The notes under the pieces were generated by a model that had not been told where the DNA came from, searched no databases, and was given only the letters and a program-made list of their open reading frames with translations. Shown here piece by piece: positions 30,758 through 39,756 of a stretch of DNA of 64,000 bases. The position numbers were made by a program, and so were the translations under genes. This stretch comes from a virus (Duplodnaviria; Caudoviricetes). The first letter of the stretch is position 1. The number at the start of each line of letters is the position of its first letter. The stretch lies in IMG/VR virus record IMGVR_UViG_3300042558_004043; one strand, written 5' to 3'.

Positions 30758-30786
30758 TTGATTTAGTGAAGTTTAATATTTATAAT
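30758..30786 (+). promoter_or_regulatory. sigma70-type promoter upstream of DNA polymerase
   Basis: TTGATT (30758-63), 17 nt spacer, TATAAT (30781-86). Confidence 0.65.
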
Positions 30787-30801
30787 TGATACAAAGGTAA
30801 A

Positions 30802-30819
30802 TGTCGTAATTTCGCGGCA
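30802..30819 (+). promoter_or_regulatory. 5-bp stem / 8-nt loop hairpin in the polB 5' UTR (candidate translational operator)
   Basis: TGTCG-TAATTTCG-CGGCA, 19 nt before the ATG; GC-rich patch in an AT-rich spacer. Confidence 0.4.
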
Positions 30820-30838
30820 GCCAATAAACCAATCAATT

Positions 30839-33664
30839 ATGATAAGTCAAGAAGAAATTAAATCGTTTCTAGAAGGAAACGACCCTGAAGAGCACATCGT
30901 TGCCATAGAGTTTGACTATGTTTCAGATTCTATATTCAAAATCAAAGAAATACCTGGTAAAGGTAAAGAAATCAAAAAAGACACATTTGTAGCATTTGCG
31001 TGGGTCGGTGACCTACGAGGTTTAAATTTTTATCAATCATCAAAGGCTTTACAGAAAGAAGCGATGTCCAAATATGGAATTATGATTGATAAACTTGAGA
31101 CTGGTGACAATGACCGAATGGAAGAAGGTTTAAAGTATATGGTTAAATCCTTAAAGGGTTACCGTTCTTTAATTCAATTCTTCCGTGATGGCGGTGCAGA
31201 CCCTTGGGGTGAAAGGACAAAAGACCTAATTATGGTTTTACCTCCTACAGAGCAGTATCTTATTTCAAGGGAAAAACGACTATTTAAAGGGTATGATGAA
31301 TACAATGACATCACGAGGTTTGTATTCGACTTAGAGACGACCGCACTCGAACCAAAAGACGGTCGTATCTTCATGATAGGTATCAAGACAAACAAAGGAT
31401 ACCAAAAAGTAATTGAGTGTTCTAATGAGGACGAGGAGAGACGAGGACTCGTAGAATTCTTCAACATAATAGATGAGTTAAAACCAAGTATTATCGGAGG
31501 TTATAACTCCGCAAACTTCGACTGGTATTGGATATTCGAACGTTGTAAAGCTCTGAACCTCGACATTAAAAGAATTTGTAAAACACTTAACCCAAAACAT
31601 ACAATTAAAGAAAGTGAGAACTTACTTAAACTTGCCAACGAAGTTGAGAGGTATAATCAGGTTGGAATGTGGGGTTATAATGTGATTGATATTATCCATT
31701 CAGTCCGTAGAGCACAAGCGATTAATTCAAGTATTAAGTCAGCGGGTTTGAAGTATATTACCCAATATATAAACGCAGAATCTAAGGACCGAGTTTATAT
31801 TGACCATACCGAGATTGGTTCCATGTATGCCAAAAAGGAAGAATATTGGTTAAACATTAAAAACGGAAAATATAAGAAAGCTAATAATCCTGAGTTTGAT
31901 GACTTAGACATAAGGTTTCCTAACACATATATTAAAACAACAGGTGATGATATTGTGGAGAGATATCTTGATGATGACTTAGAAGAAACATTAAAGGTTG
32001 ATGAAGAATTTAATCAGGGGACATTCCTTTTGGCGTCTATGGTTCCGACAACATATGAAAGAGTTTCTACTTTAGGTACCGCAACAATTTGGAAAATGTT
32101 GATGTTGGCTTGGTCTTATAAACACAAATTAGCAATACCAAAAAAAGAAAATAAGACAGACTTTGTTGGGGGGTTATCAAGATTATTAAAAGTGGGTTAT
32201 TCCACGGACGTTTTAAAACTAGATTACTCCTCTCTTTACCCTTCAATTCAACTTTTACACGATGTATTTCCAACTTGTGACATTACAGGAGCAATGAAAG
32301 GAATGTTAACTTATTTTAGAGATACTCGTATAAAATACAAAAATTTGGCTAAGGAATATTCTAGTATTGATAAAAAAATGTCATTATCATTTGATAGGAA
32401 ACAATTACCGATTAAAATTTTTATTAATTCATTATTCGGAGCGTTATCCGCACCTCAGGTATTTCACTGGGGAGATATGTATATGGGGGAGCAAATTACA
32501 TCTACCGGTCGTCAATATCTTCGTCAAATGCTTTATTTTTTTATGAAAAAAGGTTATACCCCTTTGGTTTGTGATACAGACGGTATGAACTTTTCGTTAC
32601 CTGAAGGAGGTGTTGATGATAGAAAATATATAGGTAAAGGAAACAACTGGTTAGTAAAAGAAGGAAAAGAGTATACAGGTTATGATGCCGATGTTGCCGA
32701 ATTTAACGATATATTTATGAAAGGTGCGATGGGTCTTGATTGTGACGGTACTTGGAAATCCTGTATGAATATCGCTCGTAAGAATTATGCTACAATGGAA
32801 CATAATGGTAAAATTAAACTAACAGGTAATTCAATTAAGAGTAAGAAACTCCCGATTTATATTGAGGACTTTTTGGATAAAGGTATAAAACTTTTGCTTG
32901 AGGGTAAGGGACAAGAGTTTGTTGAGTGGTATTATGAATACCTACAAAAAATATATGAGAGACAAATCCCCCTAATGAAAATTGCGCAAAGAGCTAAAAT
33001 TAAACTATCTATTGAGGATTACATCAAACGGTCTAAAGAAAAAACAAAGGCGGGTAATGAAAACTCAAGAATGGCTCATTTAGAACTTGTAATTAGAGAT
33101 AAAATTGCCGTAAATTTAGGAGATGTGATTTTTTATGTTAATAATGGAATAAAGGCTTCGCATGGAGATGTACAAAAAGTTAATAAACCAAAAAACGGGT
33201 GGAAGCAGGAACATATTGATACGTTTTTTAAAACTTACAACAAAGTTTTAGACAACACAATGAATTCATTCATACAATTAAATTGTTATAGATTAGAACC
33301 GTCTGAAGTTGAGTCTAATCCCGATTTATTAGGTGAATATAATATCGCGAGAGCTATCGCAACTTTCAACAAAAGAATTGAGCCTTTGTTGATTGTGTTT
33401 GGAGAGGAGGTTAGAAACAATTTATTAGTTGATAATCCTGAAGATAGAGGACTTTTCACAAAAGAACAATGTAAGTTAATTAATGGTATTCCATTTGAGG
33501 ATGGCGACCAAGACAGTATTGAAGATTTGTTAACGATTACGGAACAAGAAATGAAGTATTGGGGTAAAAGAGGGATTAACCCTTTTTATATTTATGAGTT
33601 AGCTGAAGAAGGGTGGGAAAAATATGTAGATTTACAAATAAAAAGTGAAACTTTAACTAATTAA
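30839..33664 (+). CDS. polB: Family B DNA polymerase
   Basis: Exo motifs FDLETT, YNSANFD, YLDDD; polymerase motifs DYSSLYPS, KIFINSLFG, CDTDG. Confidence 0.95.
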   Translation: MISQEEIKSFLEGNDPEEHIVAIEFDYVSDSIFKIKEIPGKGKEIKKDTFVAFAWVGDLRGLNFYQSSKALQKEAMSKYGIMIDKLETGDNDRMEEGLKYMVKSLKGYRSLIQFFRDGGADPWGERTKDLIMVLPPTEQYLISREKRLFKGYDEYNDITRFVFDLETTALEPKDGRIFMIGIKTNKGYQKVIECSNEDEERRGLVEFFNIIDELKPSIIGGYNSANFDWYWIFERCKALNLDIKRICKTLNPKHTIKESENLLKLANEVERYNQVGMWGYNVIDIIHSVRRAQAINSSIKSAGLKYITQYINAESKDRVYIDHTEIGSMYAKKEEYWLNIKNGKYKKANNPEFDDLDIRFPNTYIKTTGDDIVERYLDDDLEETLKVDEEFNQGTFLLASMVPTTYERVSTLGTATIWKMLMLAWSYKHKLAIPKKENKTDFVGGLSRLLKVGYSTDVLKLDYSSLYPSIQLLHDVFPTCDITGAMKGMLTYFRDTRIKYKNLAKEYSSIDKKMSLSFDRKQLPIKIFINSLFGALSAPQVFHWGDMYMGEQITSTGRQYLRQMLYFFMKKGYTPLVCDTDGMNFSLPEGGVDDRKYIGKGNNWLVKEGKEYTGYDADVAEFNDIFMKGAMGLDCDGTWKSCMNIARKNYATMEHNGKIKLTGNSIKSKKLPIYIEDFLDKGIKLLLEGKGQEFVEWYYEYLQKIYERQIPLMKIAQRAKIKLSIEDYIKRSKEKTKAGNENSRMAHLELVIRDKIAVNLGDVIFYVNNGIKASHGDVQKVNKPKNGWKQEHIDTFFKTYNKVLDNTMNSFIQLNCYRLEPSEVESNPDLLGEYNIARAIATFNKRIEPLLIVFGEEVRNNLLVDNPEDRGLFTKEQCKLINGIPFEDGDQDSIEDLLTITEQEMKYWGKRGINPFYIYELAEEGWEKYVDLQIKSETLTN

Positions 33665-33978
33665 TTAAGTTTTAACCCGTCCGATGAAAGGATATACCAT
33701 ATATTATTTAACTTTAATAAATGAACACATGACCCTTTTTCTAATAAAATCTCATCATATTCTTCATCTATTTTATTTTCGGTACACGAAATAACTACTT
33801 GAGATAACGCCTTAATAGTTATTTCATTAGTTTTTTTATTATCTAAAACAATTTTATCTACCGTATTTTTAACCAATATAAAATCTTCATCATTTGTCCA
33901 ATAAACAGGTTCTTCTACAATTTTTTTAATTGTATAAACTTTTTGGCCCACTTGCTTTCGTAAAAATTTATTATCCAT
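33661..33978 (-). CDS. Hypothetical protein
   Basis: Likely start ATG at 33978 (MDNKFLRK), 1 nt after the upstream neck gene stop. Confidence 0.55.
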   Translation of the reverse strand: MDNKFLRKQVGQKVYTIKKIVEEPVYWTNDEDFILVKNTVDKIVLDNKKTNEITIKALSQVVISCTENKIDEEYDEILLEKGSCVHLLKLNNIWYILSSDGLKLN

Positions 33979-33979
33979 A

Positions 33980-35101
33980 TTAAATAACGTATATTTGTCT
34001 TGGCATTGCTGTAAATTTCTTCTGTTTGTTAAGATTTTCGGCAATTAATGCTTCTCTTTCCATTACTTTCTCAGGCTTCAATCTTGTCAAACGACCTTCA
34101 GCACCAATTAATTCTTCAATTAATTTTGATTTTTCATCTTTGGCTTCAGTGGCCAATGAAGCATAATCCATTGTTAATTCTGAATCGGGTGTTTTGATAT
34201 TACCACTAAATTTACCTCTTACTCTAGATAAAGTTTCTTTAGCGTAAGCAAAAAACCATCTACGAACCCATACCTGAGATGGGTTATTTAAGTCCACCCA
34301 ATTAATTTTTTCAAATGGAACATCTGATGGAAGTTTAATAATGTCAGGATTATCTTTTAAACACTTATCTCTATCTTTTCCCTCAACTTCATAATACCAA
34401 TACCAAACTTTTCCTCTCATTAATGTTGCATTACCAAAGTCAAATTTGCCGCCAGGAGTATTCATAAGGTGAATTGCCTTTTTCCCTTCAGGAAGTGCGG
34501 TAACTCTGTATGTTAAATCACCGGCAATGATTCTTCTTTGGATGTTTATCTCTTGCATTCTAAGTAACATGTCGAATGCCGGCATCATAAAATACGAACC
34601 CGAATATCCCATCTGAGAATAACCGGCCGGACCTCCTAATCCAGCACCACCTAACGCGCCAAATGACCATGGGTCGAATAATAGGTTATTCAATTCCGAC
34701 GGAGTAAACCATAATAGTTCATTAAGTTCCCTACCCGCAGGTATTTCATAAATTTGTTGGTTTGGGTGAAGTTGAATGTAGTCTTTTTTAAGTACTGAAT
34801 CTCCTCCGGCTTGCAATCCAACTATTTTAGAATATGCGTAAGTATATCTTTCCTCAAAGTCTAAACTTTTTGTGATAAAGGCTTTAGATAAGGATTGTGT
34901 ATCTAAATTAAGTCCGTACAATGAAGTCCACTGAGATTCAATCAACCAATCTTGTACATATTGGGAATAATCATCGATAGATAATTCTAACAAAGAATCT
35001 AGTTGTTCATCCTCAAGTTCAACACTTCTAAGAGGAGCTCCCAATAAGTGTCTCAATCTTTTATAAAGTTCACCTCTATATGGTTCTTCAATTATGGCCA
35101 T
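33980..35101 (-). CDS. Neck protein, T4 gp13-like head-tail adaptor
   Basis: RHLLGAPLRSVELEDEQLDSLLELSIDDY N-terminus; LSRVRGKF near the C-terminus. Confidence 0.75.
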   Translation of the reverse strand: MAIIEEPYRGELYKRLRHLLGAPLRSVELEDEQLDSLLELSIDDYSQYVQDWLIESQWTSLYGLNLDTQSLSKAFITKSLDFEERYTYAYSKIVGLQAGGDSVLKKDYIQLHPNQQIYEIPAGRELNELLWFTPSELNNLLFDPWSFGALGGAGLGGPAGYSQMGYSGSYFMMPAFDMLLRMQEINIQRRIIAGDLTYRVTALPEGKKAIHLMNTPGGKFDFGNATLMRGKVWYWYYEVEGKDRDKCLKDNPDIIKLPSDVPFEKINWVDLNNPSQVWVRRWFFAYAKETLSRVRGKFSGNIKTPDSELTMDYASLATEAKDEKSKLIEELIGAEGRLTRLKPEKVMEREALIAENLNKQKKFTAMPRQIYVI

Positions 35102-35128
35102 CGATTTGTTTATTATATAAATATTTCT

Positions 35129-35917
35129 TTAAATAGATTTATTTTGGTTAAGGAATACCTGACCTTTAAAACTCTCCAAAATTTGATTCTTTGTTGTTTT
35201 TACAGATTCGTTGGTTTCTTTTTTGGTTCTTAACTTGTAAAGTTCATTTACAAATTCCCAGTTCACAACATCCCAAAAGTTTTTAATATATTCATCTCTT
35301 TTGTTTTGGTATTTCAAATAGTAGGCGTGTTCCCAAACATCTAAACCCAATAAAGGATAACCACCTTTAATATCATTCATAAGTGGGTTGTCCTGATTTG
35401 CGGTTGACATAATTTTAAGTTTGTTGTTCTTTGTTAACACCAACCAAACCCATCCTGAACCAAATCTATCTTTTGCGGTTTCCTCGAATTCTTTTTTGAA
35501 TTCGTTTATACTACCGAAATCCTTTTTAATTTTTTCAATAACTTCTCCCTCAACTTTTTGTTTTTTAGGAGACAACATTTTCCAAAACATTGCGTGGTTA
35601 AAGGCACCACCAGCATTGTTTCTAACGGTTGTGTTATACTTACTGATTGATTTTACAATTTCTTCGAGTTCAACATCACCATAATCTTTTTTTGACAAAG
35701 CGTCGTTTAATTTCTTAACGTATGTTTTGTAGTGTTTATTATAGTGAACATCCATAGTTTTAGAATCAATAAAATTTTTTAAAGACGAATACGAATATGG
35801 TAATTTTTCAATACCAATTCGTTTCATTTCGGTTATCAAAAAATCTTGATAACCTTTTTTGTCTTGTGAAATAATTTCCTCTTTAATTAACTCCGCCTTT
35901 GACTCTAACTTTTTCAT
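35129..35917 (-). CDS. sodA: Superoxide dismutase, Mn-type signature, with 30 aa N-terminal extension
   Basis: LPYSY, HYNKH, GGAFNH, FGSGWVWL, NQD, DVWEHAYY; GG..NH plus NQD are Mn-SOD signatures. Confidence 0.9.
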   Translation of the reverse strand: MKKLESKAELIKEEIISQDKKGYQDFLITEMKRIGIEKLPYSYSSLKNFIDSKTMDVHYNKHYKTYVKKLNDALSKKDYGDVELEEIVKSISKYNTTVRNNAGGAFNHAMFWKMLSPKKQKVEGEVIEKIKKDFGSINEFKKEFEETAKDRFGSGWVWLVLTKNNKLKIMSTANQDNPLMNDIKGGYPLLGLDVWEHAYYLKYQNKRDEYIKNFWDVVNWEFVNELYKLRTKKETNESVKTTKNQILESFKGQVFLNQNKSI

Positions 35918-35954
35918 TAAGATATTTTATACATATAAATATCTTGTTTTGTAG

Positions 35955-37694
35955 TTATAAACGGGTGTTGATTCTATTCATCAATTCTTCTATGAAATCC
36001 GCCTTATCCAAGTTATCTCCCATTACAGTATCGATTATATTTTTCTTTTTGGATAGCATATCATAAATAACACCTTCTATTGTGTTGTCAAAAATTGGAT
36101 AATAGACTGACACTGAATTTTTTTGACCGTATCTATATGCTCTATCCTCAGCTTGTTGGTGATGAGCGGGAACAAAAGATAGGTCGTTGAATATAACCGC
36201 CTCGGCTGCGGTTAAGGTTAAACCAACTCCGGCCGCCAACAAATTGCCCACGAATACTTTAATCTTATCGTTCTCTTGAAATTGGTCAACTGCATGTTGT
36301 CTCATTGGTTTACTTGTTGACCCATCTAAACGAACCGCCTGTTTACCAAAATGGTCGGCGATTTTATTTAAAGTATCGGTGAAATTAGTAAAAACAATAA
36401 CTTTTTTATCTTGGTCAATAATATTTTGAATTAATTCAATGGTATCCGAGACTTTTTCATCCGCAATTGTTTGTCTTACTTTCATTAACTTGTTAAATTG
36501 AACGGTCAATGATGACGATTCATCTTTTCTATTTTCATACCAATTGTAATAATCCCCCATCAATTCCTCATAAACTTTTGACTTTAATCTGAGATATACA
36601 GGTGAAATAATTTTATCAGGTAAATCTAAAACTTCAGTTTTTAATCTCCTTAGAACCTGTCGAGAAGTCCTATCTCTTAACTCTTCTAAATTTGAAGCCC
36701 CTGTAACATTCCAAACTTTTCTATTTCCAGCCTTAAATTGGTATCCTTGACAATATCTTATGGCGTAGGCCATCCAATTTTGTGCAACGGGACTTTCAAT
36801 TAAACTTAATAGGTTGAAATAATTCATTGGACGAGATGTCATTGGGGTTCCCGTTAACAACCACAGTCTTTTTACATTTTTGGCAAAACTATTAATCAAT
36901 TTGGTTCTTTGAGCTTGAACATTTTGAACATAGTGAGCCTCATCTATTATAATTAAATCAAAATTTCCTTGAGTTATTGGTGAATTTTGTTTGTCCTTCA
37001 AATCATAAAAATTCTTTATAATATCATAGTTAACAATCACAAAATCATGTTCCAAAGAGAAGTTTTTTCCCTCTGCAATATAAACACTCCTATCGGTGTA
37101 GTTTTGAATCTCTCTCATCCAGTTTATTTTGAGTGAAGCCGGACAAATAATTAAAACTTTCTGAATACCCGTTTCTAAAGCCGCTATAATTGTTGCCGTT
37201 GTCTTACCCAATCCCATGTCGTCAGCCAAGATAAACCTAGTACTACCGACCAATTTTTCAATAGCAATTTTCTGATGTTCTAAAGCTGGTCTATGTTTGT
37301 ACTTTTCATAGTCAACTTTAACATCTTTAATAACATGTGTCTTAATTATGGCTCCTTTGGGTAACCAAAAATCGTGAATAGTCTCACCTGAAAAAACTTT
37401 ACCCCAAACGTGGTATGATTTTTCTTTTTCCACTAATAGTTTTTCAATCCACAATTCGGTAGGTATTTCAGAATAAAGTTTTTCGTCGGCAATTTTCTTT
37501 GCAAAATATGGGTCTAAATCAACCCATTTTTTCGCGACTTTTGGAACAACATCGTGATAAGTTGTAATATATTCTGATTGAGCTCTTGTGGGGTAAAACT
37601 TTTTGTTTGACTCTTTTTGAGTTTTTAATCTTAAAATATAATTATTAGCACCCGAATATGACTCTAAAATATTCAGAGCTCTACTTTCAATCAT
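35955..37694 (-). CDS. SNF2/SWI2-family helicase-ATPase
   Basis: LADDMGLGKT, DEAH, LLTGTP, AAGVGLTLT, QQAEDRAYRYGQ; start set at ATG 37694. Confidence 0.9.
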   Translation of the reverse strand: MIESRALNILESYSGANNYILRLKTQKESNKKFYPTRAQSEYITTYHDVVPKVAKKWVDLDPYFAKKIADEKLYSEIPTELWIEKLLVEKEKSYHVWGKVFSGETIHDFWLPKGAIIKTHVIKDVKVDYEKYKHRPALEHQKIAIEKLVGSTRFILADDMGLGKTTATIIAALETGIQKVLIICPASLKINWMREIQNYTDRSVYIAEGKNFSLEHDFVIVNYDIIKNFYDLKDKQNSPITQGNFDLIIIDEAHYVQNVQAQRTKLINSFAKNVKRLWLLTGTPMTSRPMNYFNLLSLIESPVAQNWMAYAIRYCQGYQFKAGNRKVWNVTGASNLEELRDRTSRQVLRRLKTEVLDLPDKIISPVYLRLKSKVYEELMGDYYNWYENRKDESSSLTVQFNKLMKVRQTIADEKVSDTIELIQNIIDQDKKVIVFTNFTDTLNKIADHFGKQAVRLDGSTSKPMRQHAVDQFQENDKIKVFVGNLLAAGVGLTLTAAEAVIFNDLSFVPAHHQQAEDRAYRYGQKNSVSVYYPIFDNTIEGVIYDMLSKKKNIIDTVMGDNLDKADFIEELMNRINTRL

Positions 37695-37766
37695 ATTTTC
37701 TACCTGTCCTGTCTCCAAAACAATATTTGATATTATAAAAATAGTAAAATTTAGATATTTATCAAT

Positions 37767-38282
37767 ATGGGACAACCAAGAGTACCGATTTCAAGAATAG
37801 GTAAATTTTTCGGAGCGGAGGATTATGACCTTGATATATCAATGGGTGAGGAATGGTTACATGGTGACATGAATTTCACATTGGTTTTGTATAGTGTTGA
37901 TAGATATAAGACTAAAACCGATGATGTTTATGGAGAAACTCTAACTGACGGTATAAAGTTTAATCCACCAGTTGAATTTAAGGCATTTGTTCAAATAATG
38001 GCTCCTGAGAATAAAAATTTGGGAACTTCTAAAATAGAACAAACGGAACCTGGTAATATTAAAATTTCAGTATATCAAAAACATTTGGAGGAACTTGGGA
38101 TTGATATAAACTTTGGTGATTACATTGGATATTATGAAACTGAATCACGAGTTAGATACTATACGGTTAATAATGATGGTCGTGTTGTTTCAGATAACAA
38201 ACACACATACGCTGGATATTTACCTTTTTATAGAACAATAACCGCATCACCTGTGACGGATAACGAATTTAGAGGATTATGA
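37767..38282 (+). CDS. Neck/head-closure protein, T4 gp14-like
   Basis: VDRYKTKTDDVYGE motif, size and context. Confidence 0.6.
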   Translation: MGQPRVPISRIGKFFGAEDYDLDISMGEEWLHGDMNFTLVLYSVDRYKTKTDDVYGETLTDGIKFNPPVEFKAFVQIMAPENKNLGTSKIEQTEPGNIKISVYQKHLEELGIDINFGDYIGYYETESRVRYYTVNNDGRVVSDNKHTYAGYLPFYRTITASPVTDNEFRGL

Positions 38283-38437
38283 AAATTAAAATAACAGAAG
38301 AACAATTAATTAAGTTAACCGAAATGGTTGATTTAGAAAAAGTAGTTTGTGATGTGTGTGGGTGGTCGTGGAAATTATCAGAAGGAGGAAACGACCCTTA
38401 TATCTGTCATACATGTGGACATAATAATGAAGAATAA
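38279..38437 (+). CDS. 52 aa zinc-ribbon protein (not in ORF track)
   Basis: MKIKITEEQLIKLTEMVDLEKVVCDVCGWSW...PYICHTCGHNNEE; ATGA and TAATG coupling on both sides. Confidence 0.75.
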   Translation: MKIKITEEQLIKLTEMVDLEKVVCDVCGWSWKLSEGGNDPYICHTCGHNNEE

Positions 38438-39474
38438 TGCCATTACCTAAAAAAATTAAAAAACATATTCCTTTAACTCAACCTAAGACTTTATTAAGTA
38501 GGAGATATGAACTTGCTGAAAAAATTCAACAAGACGGGACATTTTTACCGAAGTCATTATTACATGCGGATTTGGATAAAGGATTTTTAGATTTTGTTAA
38601 AGATGAGTTAAAAACAATTGTTGATGGTAAAGTGGTCCCAATGGTTGACATTCTTATAACCACTCAAAATTGGGCTCAATTTACAGAAACTTGGAATTTC
38701 CAAAATTTAGATAAAAACGCGGAGCCTCCATTCATTACAGTAGTCAGGGTACCTGAAGTTAAATTTGGAACGAATCCTGCGGTAATGTACAATATACCAA
38801 ATAGAAAACAATATTTTTATGCTCAAGTCCCTACATGGGATGGAAATAGACAAGGTTTTGATGTGTATAAAATACCTCAACCTGTTCCTGTAGATATAAC
38901 TTATTCTGTAAAAATTATTTGTAATAGAATGAGAGAACTCAATACGTTTAACAAAAACGTAATTGAGAAATTTGCATCAAGACAGGCTTATCAGGTTATT
39001 AAAGGTCATTACATACCGATTGTTATGGGTGAAATTTCTGATGAATCAGTTATGGAACTCGAGAAAAGAAAGTTTTATATACAAAGTTACTCATTTACAA
39101 TGTTAGGTTTTTTAATTGATGAGAATGAATTTGAGGTGTCACCCGCAATTTCAAGAGTTTTACAATTAACTGAAACTGAAAGAAAAGATGTTAGAAGGCA
39201 AAAGAAAAGAAATTCAAATCCATCAAGTACAACTATGAATATTGATTTTCCTGTGGATGTTGACAGTTATACCAAAAAATTTGATTACTCGGTTAACGTT
39301 AATATTAGTAATCCCGTTAATATATCATCATATTCTGTATACATTAATGATAACTATTTTGGAGATGACATTCTACAGATTCAAATTAATAGTGGGGATA
39401 CTTTAAAAGTTACGGTTGTTAAACCTGATTACTATGGTCAAACATCTATGGTGTTTAACAATCTTTTAGTTTAG
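38437..39474 (+). CDS. Tail terminator/sheath stabiliser, T4 gp15-like
   Basis: PQPVPVDITYSVKIIC motif; position upstream of sheath. Confidence 0.65.
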   Translation: MPLPKKIKKHIPLTQPKTLLSRRYELAEKIQQDGTFLPKSLLHADLDKGFLDFVKDELKTIVDGKVVPMVDILITTQNWAQFTETWNFQNLDKNAEPPFITVVRVPEVKFGTNPAVMYNIPNRKQYFYAQVPTWDGNRQGFDVYKIPQPVPVDITYSVKIICNRMRELNTFNKNVIEKFASRQAYQVIKGHYIPIVMGEISDESVMELEKRKFYIQSYSFTMLGFLIDENEFEVSPAISRVLQLTETERKDVRRQKKRNSNPSSTTMNIDFPVDVDSYTKKFDYSVNVNISNPVNISSYSVYINDNYFGDDILQIQINSGDTLKVTVVKPDYYGQTSMVFNNLLV

Positions 39475-39635
39475 TCTTCACCGTAAATATCCTTTTTTTC
39501 TTTACAGGTTTCAATTATAAGTTTTTCTAAAAACCTATAAATTTTAACTCCTTTCTTGTCACAATAATCTTTTAATAGTTTGTGAGCATCTTTTGAAATC
39601 TTTAAATTCTTTATTTCTCGACCGTTCTGCAACAT
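39471..39635 (-). CDS. 54 aa ribbon-helix-helix-like DNA-binding protein (not in ORF track)
   Basis: MLQNGREIKNLKISKDAHKLLKDYCDKKGVKIYRFLEKLIIETCKEKKDIYGED; alternating K-N-L-K-I strand then two amphipathic helices. Confidence 0.6.
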   Translation of the reverse strand: MLQNGREIKNLKISKDAHKLLKDYCDKKGVKIYRFLEKLIIETCKEKKDIYGED

Positions 39636-39756
39636 AAGATAAAAAAGGCAGAAAATAGTCTGCCCAATTTATAAATACTTGATACAAAGTCAAGAATTTT
39701 GGTTTTTTCTCAAATATTTATCTATAAAAATAAATTAACTAACAAAAAAATTAATA

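Noticed and set aside
30839-37694. Inteins or homing endonucleases in polB or helicase
   Set aside because: No splicing or LAGLIDADG/HNH motifs seen; sizes fit uninterrupted proteins
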